Shown in pieces: positions 28,788 to 38,815 of a stretch of 64,000 nt of DNA; within the stretch, counting starts at the first letter, position 1, and every line of letters starts with the position of its first letter. Under the pieces are notes generated by a model, which saw only the letters and a program-made list of their open reading frames with translations, was not told where the DNA came from and ran no database searches. The stretch lies in assembly GCA_965200875.1 (NCBI GenBank), contig OZ241456.1:896001-960000 (forward strand), written 5' to 3'. Position numbers and translations under genes: made by a program. Source of the DNA: Bdellovibrionales bacterium (lineage in GTDB: Bacteria; Bdellovibrionota; Bdellovibrionia; Bdellovibrionales; UBA1609).

Positions 28788-29837
28788 ATGAAAAACCTAA
28801 TAAAACAGCTAAAAATGGAGGATTTGGAGAATGTTAGAGTCTTGAAGACGCTTGCCGAGGCGCATCGCTTCCTAGCTGAATTAAAAGGAATCACGCACAT
28901 TATTCCCAATGAAAAAATTTTACTCTCCAATTTAACACTTCAGGAAGCAAAGGAAAGCTCTGCCATTGAAAATATTATTACTACCCAAGATAGCATGTAT
29001 AAACATCAAGTACAATATGACTTACAAAATACAGCCAATAAAGAAGTGTATAACTATGCGAAAGCTATGGAGGAAGGTTGTAAAAAAATCAAATCTGATG
29101 GAGGTATTTCTTTAAATACTATTCTTGAAATTCAAAATATTATTGAACCTAATCGTTCTGGTTTTCGCAAAGTGCCGGGTACTGTATTAAAAAATATTAC
29201 AACACAGAAAACTGTTTATTCCCCTCCTTCCCCTGAAAAAATTCCGGAGTTGATGAATCAACTGGAACATTTCATCAATACAAATTCCACAGACTCTCTT
29301 ATAAAAATGGCTATTATTCATCATCAGTTTGAGAGTATTCATCCTTTTTATGATGGAAATAGCAGAACTGGCCGGATTATTAATATTTTGTACCTGATTT
29401 TTAAGGGCCTTTTGGATAGCCCCATTTTATACCTTAGTCGTTACATTAATAGAAACAAGTTGGAATACTATAAATTACTTCAACAGGTTTGGGAACAGGA
29501 AGTTTGGGAGGATTGGATTTTGTACATATTAAGTGCTGTGTCTGTTATTTCTCAGGAAACAACTGCATTAATTAAAGAAATAGATAAATTGTTCAAGCAA
29601 TACAAAAATGTTATCCGTAGGAAACACAAATTTTACTCCCATGATTTAATAAATAACATTTTTTCTCATCCCTATACTAAAATAAAGTTTTTGGAAAGAG
29701 ATATGAAAATCTCTAGAGCGACTGCCACCCGTTATTTGGACGCACTTACTAAAGATAAAATTTTGGAAAAAAACAAACTGGGGAAAGAGAGTTATTATGT
29801 CAATACAAAACTTTTTAAATTGTTAAAAGGCTCTTAG
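28788..29837 (+). CDS. Fic-family protein (N-terminal helical domain, Fic domain, C-terminal HTH)
   Basis: LQEAKESSAIENIITT, HHQFESIHPFYDGNSRTGRI, ISRATATRYL. Confidence 0.92.
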   Translation: MKNLIKQLKMEDLENVRVLKTLAEAHRFLAELKGITHIIPNEKILLSNLTLQEAKESSAIENIITTQDSMYKHQVQYDLQNTANKEVYNYAKAMEEGCKKIKSDGGISLNTILEIQNIIEPNRSGFRKVPGTVLKNITTQKTVYSPPSPEKIPELMNQLEHFINTNSTDSLIKMAIIHHQFESIHPFYDGNSRTGRIINILYLIFKGLLDSPILYLSRYINRNKLEYYKLLQQVWEQEVWEDWILYILSAVSVISQETTALIKEIDKLFKQYKNVIRRKHKFYSHDLINNIFSHPYTKIKFLERDMKISRATATRYLDALTKDKILEKNKLGKESYYVNTKLFKLLKGS

Positions 29838-30002
29838 TTTGTTTCACTTTTTGCTAAGCACAATATAATAAGGGTTGTTACAATGCTCAGTTGTCTTTGA
29901 CTGTCAAAACCTCTTATTCATAAATGGTGCTCTCTTAGGCCCATTTATCTTTGAATATAAAAAGGGCTTTTAATGTTGGTTAAAGCCTGTTACAAAAAAA
30001 GA

Positions 30003-30989
30003 ATGAAAGTGTTAGTTACGGGAGCAAGTGGTTTTTTAGGAGGGTGGCTTTGCAAAGCTTTATGTGAAAAAGGCTGGCAAGTGCATGTTCTTCTCAGGCC
30101 AACCAGTGACAGAAGTAATCTTCAGAATTTGGATTTATGTGTTCACACTGGTGATGTAACAGATCTGGATTCCTTTATGCAGGCCAGCCGAGGGATGGAT
30201 TTGGTGTTTCACTTGGCCGGTTTGATTTCTCATTTAAAAAAAGATTTAACAGCTATGCAAAAGGTGAATATAAGAGGTACGGCTTATGCCATTGAAGTGT
30301 GTCGTTCACAAGGAGCAAAGCTGATTTATATCAGCTCAGTGGTTGCTGTAGGGGCCAGTACTCAGCCACTGATTTTAAATGAAGATTCCCCTTATGATCC
30401 GGTACTTTCTCGGATGGGATATTTTCAAACTAAAAAACAGGCTGAAGAGCTGGTACTCAAAGCCTGTAAAAAAGGCAAAATATCTGCTGTGACCCTCAAT
30501 CCTTCCACTATTTACGGAGCAGGAGATATGAAAAAACAAAGCCGGAAAGCGCAAGTGCGAGTGGCGGAGGGCCGATTTCCTTTTTACACTTCAGGAGGTG
30601 TGAGTGTAGTGGATGTGCAGTCTGTGATTTCAGCGTGCCTTAAAGCTGTGGAAACAGGTCGGCCCGGGGAAAGATATATTTTAAGTGGAGATAATATCAG
30701 TATCAAAAAGCTTTTTTCTTTAATTGCAAAAACTGCTGGAGTCAAACCTCCCTTTATTTACTTGAATAATTTTTTACTTCGGGTTTTTGCGGAATTAGGT
30801 GTAGGCTTGAGCAATCTGGGTTTTAAATTCCCCGTGAGTAGAGAAAGTGCACAAATGGCACAACTTTACCATTGGTTCGACCACTCTAAAGCCAAACAGG
30901 AACTAAACTTTCATCCCACAAGCTCGGAGAAGGCTATTCAGGAGTCCATAAACTGGTGGATTTTTCAAAAAAACAAAGACATTCGCTGA
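30003..30989 (+). CDS. NAD-dependent epimerase/dehydratase (extended SDR, HpnA/DFR-like)
   Basis: MKVLVTGASGFLG, FHLAG, YFQTK (YxxxK), GRPGERYILSG. Confidence 0.9.
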   Translation: MKVLVTGASGFLGGWLCKALCEKGWQVHVLLRPTSDRSNLQNLDLCVHTGDVTDLDSFMQASRGMDLVFHLAGLISHLKKDLTAMQKVNIRGTAYAIEVCRSQGAKLIYISSVVAVGASTQPLILNEDSPYDPVLSRMGYFQTKKQAEELVLKACKKGKISAVTLNPSTIYGAGDMKKQSRKAQVRVAEGRFPFYTSGGVSVVDVQSVISACLKAVETGRPGERYILSGDNISIKKLFSLIAKTAGVKPPFIYLNNFLLRVFAELGVGLSNLGFKFPVSRESAQMAQLYHWFDHSKAKQELNFHPTSSEKAIQESINWWIFQKNKDIR

Positions 30990-31046
30990 CAAAATCATTT
31001 TTATTTGTACTTTACAAAAAAACTATAAGTAACTTATATTGTATTT

Positions 31047-31450
31047 AAAAGAGGTTTGCGGGTGATCGCTGAATTTTTCCGATGGGAACGCTGGAGGTTT
31101 TTTAAAACTTCAGTGTGTTTCTAGGAACAGGTTTAGGATATAAATCTGAAAATTCAGAGGAAAGTCCGGACTCCAAAATGGCGACGTAAAAGATGAAAAT
31201 CTTTCCACTTTAAAGGTGACTTTAGAGTGAGGACAAGTGGAACAGAAAGTATGTCCGGGTTTTTTTCTTCATGGAAAAAAACTGCTGGAGTGAAATCAGC
31301 TAAACTCTGCGTGGAGCAAGATCAAATAGGAAAGCGTTTGAGTCAAGCCATGACGAGCTTTTGGGTTGATCGCAAAGATGAATGCTCACCTCCTGTCGCT
31401 TTTCCGGTTAAGCGTCAGCAGACAGAATCCGGCTTACAGCAAACCTTTTC
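31047..31450 (+). ncRNA. rnpB: RNase P RNA (bacterial type A-like)
   Basis: GAGGAAAGTCCGGACTCC at 31157, ACAGAATCCGGCTTA at 31422, P1 AGGTTTGC/GCAAACCT, AACAGAAA, GTGAAA, TAAACTC, GGAGCAAG, AGATGAATG. Confidence 0.95.
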
Positions 31451-31681
31451 AACCGGGTTATTTATTCCTTAAATAAGAGGCAATTTTTTATTAAAGATAG
31501 TTTGTTTCTTCTCAAATTCAGCTCTTGTAAAATTTACACATCTCCTTTATCGGAAGATAAAAATTACGAATGAATTTGACATTTCTTGATTTCTATCATA
31601 TCCCTTTATGAGCTATGAAAAGCCTCTTGACTTTTATATTCAGAAGTGGAAGCTAGTAAAAATAAATAATGAGGAGGACAC

Positions 31682-32185
31682 ATGAAATCACCAACCGCTT
31701 TACTAAAAATTTTCGTATCAACTTTTTTGATTGTTGTATCGGCCACCTCTCATACTAATGAACAATTGATGAACAGTGCAGACGATTTTGAAGATACAGC
31801 TTATCCTTCTTTTTTGATTGATAACAAAACAGAAAAATGTGTAATACCTTTAAACCATGAAGTTTTAAATCAACATGGTTTAAAACCGGAACATATATAT
31901 CCCTTGTTTGAAAACACAAATAAGAAAGCAGAGCTTAATAATTTTGAAACCAAAGAAAACCCCTCTCCTACGATTCCACTTTGCACATCGGATACAATAA
32001 AACTTGTGCTTTCATCTTTTTCTGATACTGCACAATATCGACCTGCCGTCTGGGGAATTATCTATGGGTTTGGACTGTATGCTGGCTTTTGTATGGGCAC
32101 GCATGCTATAGGGTATGGTTATGTGATGCTGTTCTGTTACCCTGTGTGGGCGTTTCTTGGTCCGCTCCCATATCAACCTTTTTGA
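31682..32185 (+). CDS. Hypothetical protein with signal peptide and hydrophobic C-terminus
   Basis: GAGGAGG RBS; signal-like N-terminus. Confidence 0.65.
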   Translation: MKSPTALLKIFVSTFLIVVSATSHTNEQLMNSADDFEDTAYPSFLIDNKTEKCVIPLNHEVLNQHGLKPEHIYPLFENTNKKAELNNFETKENPSPTIPLCTSDTIKLVLSSFSDTAQYRPAVWGIIYGFGLYAGFCMGTHAIGYGYVMLFCYPVWAFLGPLPYQPF

Positions 32186-32259
32186 ATCAATCACTTTTAT
32201 CAAATTTTTTACACTCAACTCTAAAACCTAGAGTTTTTAAATTCTTTTGAAATAAATTG

Positions 32260-32469
32260 TTATTTGAAGTTTTCATTTTTCAGTTGTTTTATCTCTTCTT
32301 CCGAAAATCCTGTCACTTCAGAAATAAGCTCAGCAGAAAGTTTTTTCTCCAGCATATTTAAAACAATCTGTTGTCGTCCCTGCTGGATACCTTCTTTTTT
32401 GTCCTGTTGCATACCCTGTTGCATACCTTCTTGTCGCCCTTCCTCTTTAATGTGTTCTCTTATGTTCAT
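32260..32469 (-). CDS. Putative internally initiated small Rpn C-terminal protein (RpnS-like), 69 aa
   Basis: Strong SD AAAGGAGGT 4 nt before in-frame ATG 32469 (MNIREHIKEEG...). Confidence 0.55.
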   Translation of the reverse strand: MNIREHIKEEGRQEGMQQGMQQDKKEGIQQGRQQIVLNMLEKKLSAELISEVTGFSEEEIKQLKNENFK

Positions 32470-32756
32470 ATAACCTCCTTTTGAAAAAATACCTTTAATA
32501 ACAGCCTCATGTTCCAACTTCTCCCATAATTCCTTTGTCATACCAGAAACAGACGACCAAAAATAATCTCCCACACTTAATACTAAATCCTCTTTGTCTC
32601 CAGTCCAGTTATCAAATAACGAAACTATCTCTTTCAATTCCTTTTCTTCTGCTTTGAAAGACCATACTCTCTTTAATGCACTTAAAAAGCCACGACTCTT
32701 AAAATTTTTGTCACAAATGGCTTTCTCTACTTTTGGATCATGAGTGTCTAAAACCC
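32260..32756 (-). pseudogene. 5'-truncated Rpn/YhgA-like (PD-(D/E)XK) gene
   Basis: Frame open from RVLDTHDPKVEKAI... without a proper start or nuclease domain; EEGRQEGMQQG...ISEVTGFSEEEI tail. Confidence 0.75.
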
Positions 32757-33204
32757 TTTCTGAAAAATAGACAGTTTACTTGGTTGTCTTTGAACAAGTA
32801 TGTTTAACGGGGTAGCGTTCCTTCAATACTTCCCCCCGTGTGGTCTCAAAGATGCTGATAAAAATGTAGTATATCTTTATTTTGAACTTCAAAAATAAAA
32901 AGTCAATCATTTTAATCATTTACATATTTTAAACCTTCTCAAAGGGCGAACTCAGGACACACCTATAATCCTAGAATAGTATAAAAAATTGACTATTATT
33001 TAGTCGGGTGTGAAAAAAGTTGTTATTTTTTTGGCCTTTTGGTTTTCAAGTAGAGGCAAAAAAGGTTTTTTATACCAGACTAATGTAGTTTTCTTTGTAT
33101 AAATGTGAAAATTAAGTTTTTTGTGATATGATCAATGTCCTGTGAAAAAGTATGTTTTTAACAAGAAGTAACGAACAACGAACAAAAACTAGGGAATAAA
33201 AATA

Positions 33205-33543
33205 ATGAAAGCTTTTATCAGAAAAAATAACAATAATGTGTTTATCATTGATTTAAAAGAGGAAGTGGATTTTGCTTCTGCAGAATCTTTTTATCAGACT
33301 TGTATGGGTGAGCTTTCTAAAAAGAATATTGTTTTTAATTTAAAAAATCTGAGCTTTGTCGGTTCAGATGGTCTGACCTCATTTATGAACACCATTAATG
33401 ATTTAAGGAGAAAATCCAGTCTGCATTTCTGTTGTGTGGGTTCAGAGTTTCGAAAGGTCTTCGCGGAAAGTGAAATAAAAGACATTGCCATTTATGATGA
33501 TGAGCAATCCGCCACTGTGGCTTTTCGTCAGGATTTTGAATAA
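33205..33543 (+). CDS. STAS-domain protein (anti-sigma factor antagonist-like)
   Basis: 112 aa; IVFNLKNLSFVGSDGL resembles the STAS DLxxVxFxDSxGL motif. Confidence 0.8.
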   Translation: MKAFIRKNNNNVFIIDLKEEVDFASAESFYQTCMGELSKKNIVFNLKNLSFVGSDGLTSFMNTINDLRRKSSLHFCCVGSEFRKVFAESEIKDIAIYDDEQSATVAFRQDFE

Positions 33544-33579
33544 ACAAATTTTATCAGCAAATTACTTAATAATCTCTAT

Positions 33580-34191
33580 ATGAAAAAATATCCTAGTGTT
33601 AACTGGAAAGTGTTTCAACCTCAACCGGTTGTTGGTGTGGATGAAGCCGGACGGGGTTGTTTAGCTGGCCCAGTGTTTGCCTCGGCAGTCATTTTGAAAA
33701 CAGATGATTCTTATACAGATTCAAAACAGATTCCTCCTGAAATAAGAAAGAAGATGGCGGAGATGATTATAAAAAAACATATATATGCTATAGGAATGGC
33801 CACTGTGGAGGAAATTGAAAGGCTCAATATTTTACAGGCAACTTTCCTCGCAATGAAAAGAGCTGTTATGCGGTTATCGATTCAGACAGGTCATGTTTTA
33901 GTGGATGGTAATGCTTTAATACCTGCTCTTCCAGAAAAATTTCAACAAACAGCTTTTGTTAAAGGGGATCAACGGGTAGCTCCCATTTCTGGAGCTAGTA
34001 TTGTTGCCAAAGTAAAAAGAGATGAATGGATTACCAAGCAAGATCATAAATTTCCTCAATACGGTTTTGCTAGGCACAAAGGTTATGCCACTGTTCAACA
34101 CCGAAAAGCTATTGCTCAATATGGTCCTTGTGCTCTTCATCGAAAAACATTTTCTGGTGTAAAAGAATATTTAAGTGATAAAGTCTTTTAG
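33580..34191 (+). CDS. rnhB: Ribonuclease HII
   Basis: GVDEAGRGCLAGPV, DSK, LVDGN, KGD, ASIVAKV.RD, HKGY.T..H. Confidence 0.96.
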   Translation: MKKYPSVNWKVFQPQPVVGVDEAGRGCLAGPVFASAVILKTDDSYTDSKQIPPEIRKKMAEMIIKKHIYAIGMATVEEIERLNILQATFLAMKRAVMRLSIQTGHVLVDGNALIPALPEKFQQTAFVKGDQRVAPISGASIVAKVKRDEWITKQDHKFPQYGFARHKGYATVQHRKAIAQYGPCALHRKTFSGVKEYLSDKVF

Positions 34192-34223
34192 GGGTGTTAT
34201 TCTCGAGTCACAAAAATCTCTTC

Positions 34224-35843
34224 TTATATTGTAGTGTATTCAGGTTCGCAGGTTTTCAGGCATTCCTGATTTTCAAGGTAAATTTCCCGGTCTCGACAGG
34301 CGGGCACTTTGGAGGAATGACGGACAATGGATATCTCATTAATATTTATATGTGTTTCCATTCCAAATATTTTATAACAAGCTCTGGAAGCTATTCTCTG
34401 CAATCCTCTTTTGATTGTGTGCAGTCCATCTGCTGCGTCTCTTATGTGCATGCGATTAATGCCAACGCCGTTATTATGAGCACTACTTTGAATGATGCTG
34501 AATTGAAAATTACTTAATTTGACTGTCTTAGAATGGCACTGATCAGAGTTGGTGATATTATTTAGACCAAAAGGATCACGACCTGTAAATTCCACTATGA
34601 AAACATGAGAATTGGATGCGATGATATCTCCCGGTTGGATAGGGTTTTGCACTGTGATATCCTGTTGCTTCAAGCAAGAGAGTTTGTTTCTTTCTGCGGT
34701 TTTAAACATCCAAGAGTTTATGCCTTTTACATGAATCGGACGGATAAACACCTTTTGCTTTAATCTTAGCCCTGCACTGGCCATTGCGCTGGTCACGAAA
34801 CCAGAACAATCTACGCCAAGAGATTTTGATCCGGAACCGGAGTTTCTGAATAAATTAATGGAACTCATGGAAGTGGAAGGTTTGCCACCATAATCGTAAA
34901 TCAAAGGTGTACTATGAACATTCGTGCACTGGTTATTATTTGGTATATCGATCTGACTCAGGTAATAATGTGTGTTATTCACATCTCTTAAACTGGTGAC
35001 GACTCTTCGCCATCCATTTCCACTGGGATGTCTGGAACTGGCTCGAATGCCTTTCGTGTTATAGTCAACAGGCATTAGCTCCAAATCCAAAACAGAACAA
35101 CTTTGGTAAGCGGTGGACATGACTTTTCTGGCTCCATAGACCAAAGGATGAACAGATTTTCTCATTTTATGGAACCAAGCTATATCCCATTCTGACAAGT
35201 GGCTACTGGAAGTGGAGTCAGTGGAGGTATCAGAGGAATGAGAAGAATCTGTATTGTTTGTGTCGTCTGTGTCCGCATAAATTTCTTCTTCCTTACAACC
35301 TTGATTCAGTGCTTTTGCATTTTCATCCAGTTCTTCAAAGGTTTGCGTTAATTTGTTTATGAAATCAGTGTGGCTTTGTTCCACAACTCCATGTTCAAAC
35401 TGAACCAATGTGGTAGTTGTTTCATCTTCCTGATGTGTGTTCATAAACTCAGTGACTAAAGCGTAGATTTCCACAAATCGCAAAGCGAATTTTTGAATAT
35501 CCTCTTTTGAAGCAGGGTGTTCTTTCATTAGCTCCTGAATCCGTTTGATAATTGTTTTTTTCACTGTATAGTAAGGAGGTGGTTTGCCATTTTCAATAGA
35601 TACAATTTTATAAATGTAGTTCCATACATAAGCTTGAAAATCCTGGCATCCGGCTTTGTTGAGAATGGATTTAAAGTCTGAATAATCCACGATCATCTCT
35701 TCGTCTTCTTTGGAGGAGATATTCAGTTCCCCATTCAGCCTCCCGCCATTCCTTATATTTAAAGGAGCGCATGTGATGAGCAGTAATCCTACAATGAGGC
35801 TTGAGAGCAAATAATATAATTTTGAGGGGTTAAATTTAGCCAT
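34224..35843 (-). CDS. Lipoprotein with NlpC/P60-like (papain-fold) C-terminal domain
   Basis: Lipobox-like LLITC; GVDCSGFV and PGDII....HVFIV. Confidence 0.6.
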   Translation of the reverse strand: MAKFNPSKLYYLLSSLIVGLLLITCAPLNIRNGGRLNGELNISSKEDEEMIVDYSDFKSILNKAGCQDFQAYVWNYIYKIVSIENGKPPPYYTVKKTIIKRIQELMKEHPASKEDIQKFALRFVEIYALVTEFMNTHQEDETTTTLVQFEHGVVEQSHTDFINKLTQTFEELDENAKALNQGCKEEEIYADTDDTNNTDSSHSSDTSTDSTSSSHLSEWDIAWFHKMRKSVHPLVYGARKVMSTAYQSCSVLDLELMPVDYNTKGIRASSRHPSGNGWRRVVTSLRDVNNTHYYLSQIDIPNNNQCTNVHSTPLIYDYGGKPSTSMSSINLFRNSGSGSKSLGVDCSGFVTSAMASAGLRLKQKVFIRPIHVKGINSWMFKTAERNKLSCLKQQDITVQNPIQPGDIIASNSHVFIVEFTGRDPFGLNNITNSDQCHSKTVKLSNFQFSIIQSSAHNNGVGINRMHIRDAADGLHTIKRGLQRIASRACYKIFGMETHININEISIVRHSSKVPACRDREIYLENQECLKTCEPEYTTI

Positions 35844-35981
35844 TTCATTGTTTTTAATCGGTAAAACAAAGTAGTGACTGAATTTTTTTACGATTGGTTT
35901 TCAATGTTTTTTGATTTTTTGTGACATAGATCTATATGGATGATTGACTGACTCTTAAGTCTCGGATAGAAGAGGATTACT

Positions 35982-38729
35982 GTGCGAGCGAAGAAACTTA
36001 CCCCTTTAATGAGACAATATTGGCAAATTAAATCCCTCCATAAAGATAAAATTCTTTTGTTTAGAATGGGGGATTTTTTTGAGATGTTTTATGAGGACGC
36101 AGAAAAAGCGGCCCCGATTCTTAATATTGCTTTAACAGCGAGAAACAAAAAAGCCTCTGATGAAGTTAAAATGTGTGGAGTGCCTCATCATAGTGTGGCA
36201 GGGCCTATTGGCAAGTTGTTGGCAGAGGGCCTTAAAGTGGCTATTTGTGACCAAGTGGAACCTGTATCCCAGGCAAAAGGTCTGGTTAAAAGAGCAGTTA
36301 CACGCATTTTAACCCCTGGAATGGTTTATGATCCTGAGAGTTTGGATCAGCTGAGTGCACATTATCTTTGTGCTTTTGACGAAAGTGCAGTTAGTTTTAC
36401 AGATATTTCAACGGGTGAGGCTTTTTATTATCTTTCCACCGACAAAAAAGTAAAATGGCGGATTATTCGGCTTTTAAATCCGGTAGAGCTGATCCTGACA
36501 CCGGAACAAAAGGAAACAGTTTTTTCCAAAAAGGAATGGGAGGCATTCCATGTTACTGTTTTCGAAGAAAAACAAAACGCAGGGATATCAGCTTGTTACT
36601 TCTCTCACTTAAAATCTGCTGTTGTTACACCCTCCCCGGAAGATGCTACTTCTTTGAAGGAGCTATCAGTTTCGCAAAAACAGGAATTCCCTCCGTACAC
36701 AGATGAAAACCTTTTAAAGACCGTCAGCATTCGCAAGCAAAAATCCACATTGCCTTCCTATGCAAAAAGCTCTTTATCCATACCCGAAAGTGCTAAGCGT
36801 CTTCTGAACTACATTATGGCTCAACAGGGAAAAGAGGTTCTTACAGTTATTCAACCTTTTCAGGAACGAAATGTTGGCCAGGAAATGTGGTTTTCCAGTC
36901 AAGCGCAGGAACATCTGGAGTTGTTTAAAACATACGATGGAGATAAAAAGGGCAGTCTGTTTTCCGCAGTTAATCGCGCTAAAACTCCACCCGGCGCGCG
37001 TCTTTTAAAGTCGCGTCTTCGCAATCCTTCCACAAATCAAAAGGAAATAGAAGAGAGAATCAAAGCCGTGGGGCAGTGGATAGAGCGAGCGGATAAAATA
37101 GAAAAAATCAGAAATCTGCTTTTTCATATAGGGGATATTGAAAGAAAATTGGGAAAAATATCTCATCCTCAGTGTAACGGAAGGGATCTTTTAACTGTAG
37201 CGGAATCCTTGCGAATTGGTTTGGAATTGATTTCTTTGGATCAATCTTTATGTGTATCTTCTGTCGCACTGGATTCTGCTCGAGAACTGATTAATGAAAT
37301 AGGAAACACTATTCGCCCAGACGCTCCAGTGGGAACACAAACTGGAAACATGATTCAAAAAGGGGTTTCAGAAGAGTTGGATCATCTGATTGAGGAAGCA
37401 GAGAAAAGACAATCCAGTCTGCGTCGTTTGGAAGAGAGAGAAAGAGTACAAACGGGTATTCCATCCTTGAAAATTCGCTATAATAATATTTTTGGCTATT
37501 ACATTGAAGTGACTAAAACACATTCTAAAAAAACACCTGCCCATTATATTCGAAAGCAGACTCTGACTCAGGCAGAGAGATATACAACAGAACAATTACA
37601 AAAAATAGAGGCAAAAATTCTTTCCTCGCGTGCATTGCGAATAGAAATGGAGTTTCGTGTTTTTGAAGATTTGAGACAAAAAGTGATGGGGGCTTTGTCT
37701 GATTTGTTTCATTTGTCTCGTATTATCTGTGAAATGGATTTGAATGTTGCTTTTGCCTATTTGGCTATTGAACAGTCTTATGTGCGACCTTGTCTTTCGT
37801 CTGATAATCAGATGGTATTGGTAAACAGTCGTCATCCAGTGGTGGAACAAAATCAGAACCAGCATTTTATTCCTAACACCATTCGCATGAAAAGCGGGGA
37901 GTGTTTGCTTTTAACTGGTCCTAACATGGCGGGGAAAAGCACTCTCATGCGTCAGGTGGCTCTTAGTGTGATTCTGGCTCAGGCAGGTTGTTTCGTGCCA
38001 GCGGAACAAGCTTTGCTACCGGTGTTTACAAGGATTTTTACCCGTATTGGTGCAAGTGATTCCCTTTCCCAGGGGCTTTCAACTTTTATGGTGGAAATGA
38101 AAGAATCTGTTGAAATTCTTAAACAGGCGAACGAAAATTCACTAATTGTATTGGATGAGATTGGAAGAGGGACATCCACTTATGATGGGATGAGCTTGGC
38201 TCAAGCCATATTGGAGTTTTTAATCGAGAAGAAAAAAAGCCTTGTTTTTTTTGCCACTCATTACCATGAGCTGACGACTTTGGCTAAAGTATTCCCTAAA
38301 ATCAGGAATGCACATTTGAGTGTGAGTGAAAAATCGGGGCAAATTAATTTTCTATACACTTTGGTGCCAGGTGCTTTAGCACAATCTTATGGTGTTCATG
38401 TAGCCCGTTTGGCTGGTTTTCCCTTGGAAGTGGTGGAGAGAGCAGAGGCACTATTGCGAGCACGGGAAAGCTCTTCTGTTTTAAATGCACATCGTGCCAG
38501 CCAAAAAAGTAAAAATGTATTGATTGAAGATTCTCCTACTGGTTCTTCTTCCGGCACTGATTCTTCTTCTCGGCCTTCTCATTCCCTTTCAGAGAAGGAA
38601 AAAATAAGAAGCCTGCTTTTGAAGAAACTGGCGCAGGAGATAAAATCTTATCCTCTTCAGGAGAAAAGCCCTTTGGAAACCATGAACGCTGTAGCAGGAT
38701 GGAAAAAAGAAATTACGGAAAAATCCTAA
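35982..38729 (+). CDS. mutS: DNA mismatch repair protein MutS
   Basis: TPLMRQY, FRMGDFFEMFYEDA, TGPNMAGKST, STFMVEM, DEIGRGTST, FATHYHEL, SYGVHVA. Confidence 0.97.
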   Translation: MRAKKLTPLMRQYWQIKSLHKDKILLFRMGDFFEMFYEDAEKAAPILNIALTARNKKASDEVKMCGVPHHSVAGPIGKLLAEGLKVAICDQVEPVSQAKGLVKRAVTRILTPGMVYDPESLDQLSAHYLCAFDESAVSFTDISTGEAFYYLSTDKKVKWRIIRLLNPVELILTPEQKETVFSKKEWEAFHVTVFEEKQNAGISACYFSHLKSAVVTPSPEDATSLKELSVSQKQEFPPYTDENLLKTVSIRKQKSTLPSYAKSSLSIPESAKRLLNYIMAQQGKEVLTVIQPFQERNVGQEMWFSSQAQEHLELFKTYDGDKKGSLFSAVNRAKTPPGARLLKSRLRNPSTNQKEIEERIKAVGQWIERADKIEKIRNLLFHIGDIERKLGKISHPQCNGRDLLTVAESLRIGLELISLDQSLCVSSVALDSARELINEIGNTIRPDAPVGTQTGNMIQKGVSEELDHLIEEAEKRQSSLRRLEERERVQTGIPSLKIRYNNIFGYYIEVTKTHSKKTPAHYIRKQTLTQAERYTTEQLQKIEAKILSSRALRIEMEFRVFEDLRQKVMGALSDLFHLSRIICEMDLNVAFAYLAIEQSYVRPCLSSDNQMVLVNSRHPVVEQNQNQHFIPNTIRMKSGECLLLTGPNMAGKSTLMRQVALSVILAQAGCFVPAEQALLPVFTRIFTRIGASDSLSQGLSTFMVEMKESVEILKQANENSLIVLDEIGRGTSTYDGMSLAQAILEFLIEKKKSLVFFATHYHELTTLAKVFPKIRNAHLSVSEKSGQINFLYTLVPGALAQSYGVHVARLAGFPLEVVERAEALLRARESSSVLNAHRASQKSKNVLIEDSPTGSSSGTDSSSRPSHSLSEKEKIRSLLLKKLAQEIKSYPLQEKSPLETMNAVAGWKKEITEKS

Positions 38730-38815
38730 CCCTTATTGAAAAGTTACCTAGTTATGGAGGGCGTGTTTAAGAATATTCTTGTTTTTTTTGATCTTGTGAT
38801 GTAATTTTTGAATCT

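Noticed and set aside
31227..31472. 81-aa ORF
   Set aside because: Lies almost entirely within the RNase P RNA gene
35853..35882. Sigma28-like promoter (TCAG-N15-ACCGATTA) upstream of the 35843 gene
   Set aside because: Too many mismatches to the consensus to support by eye
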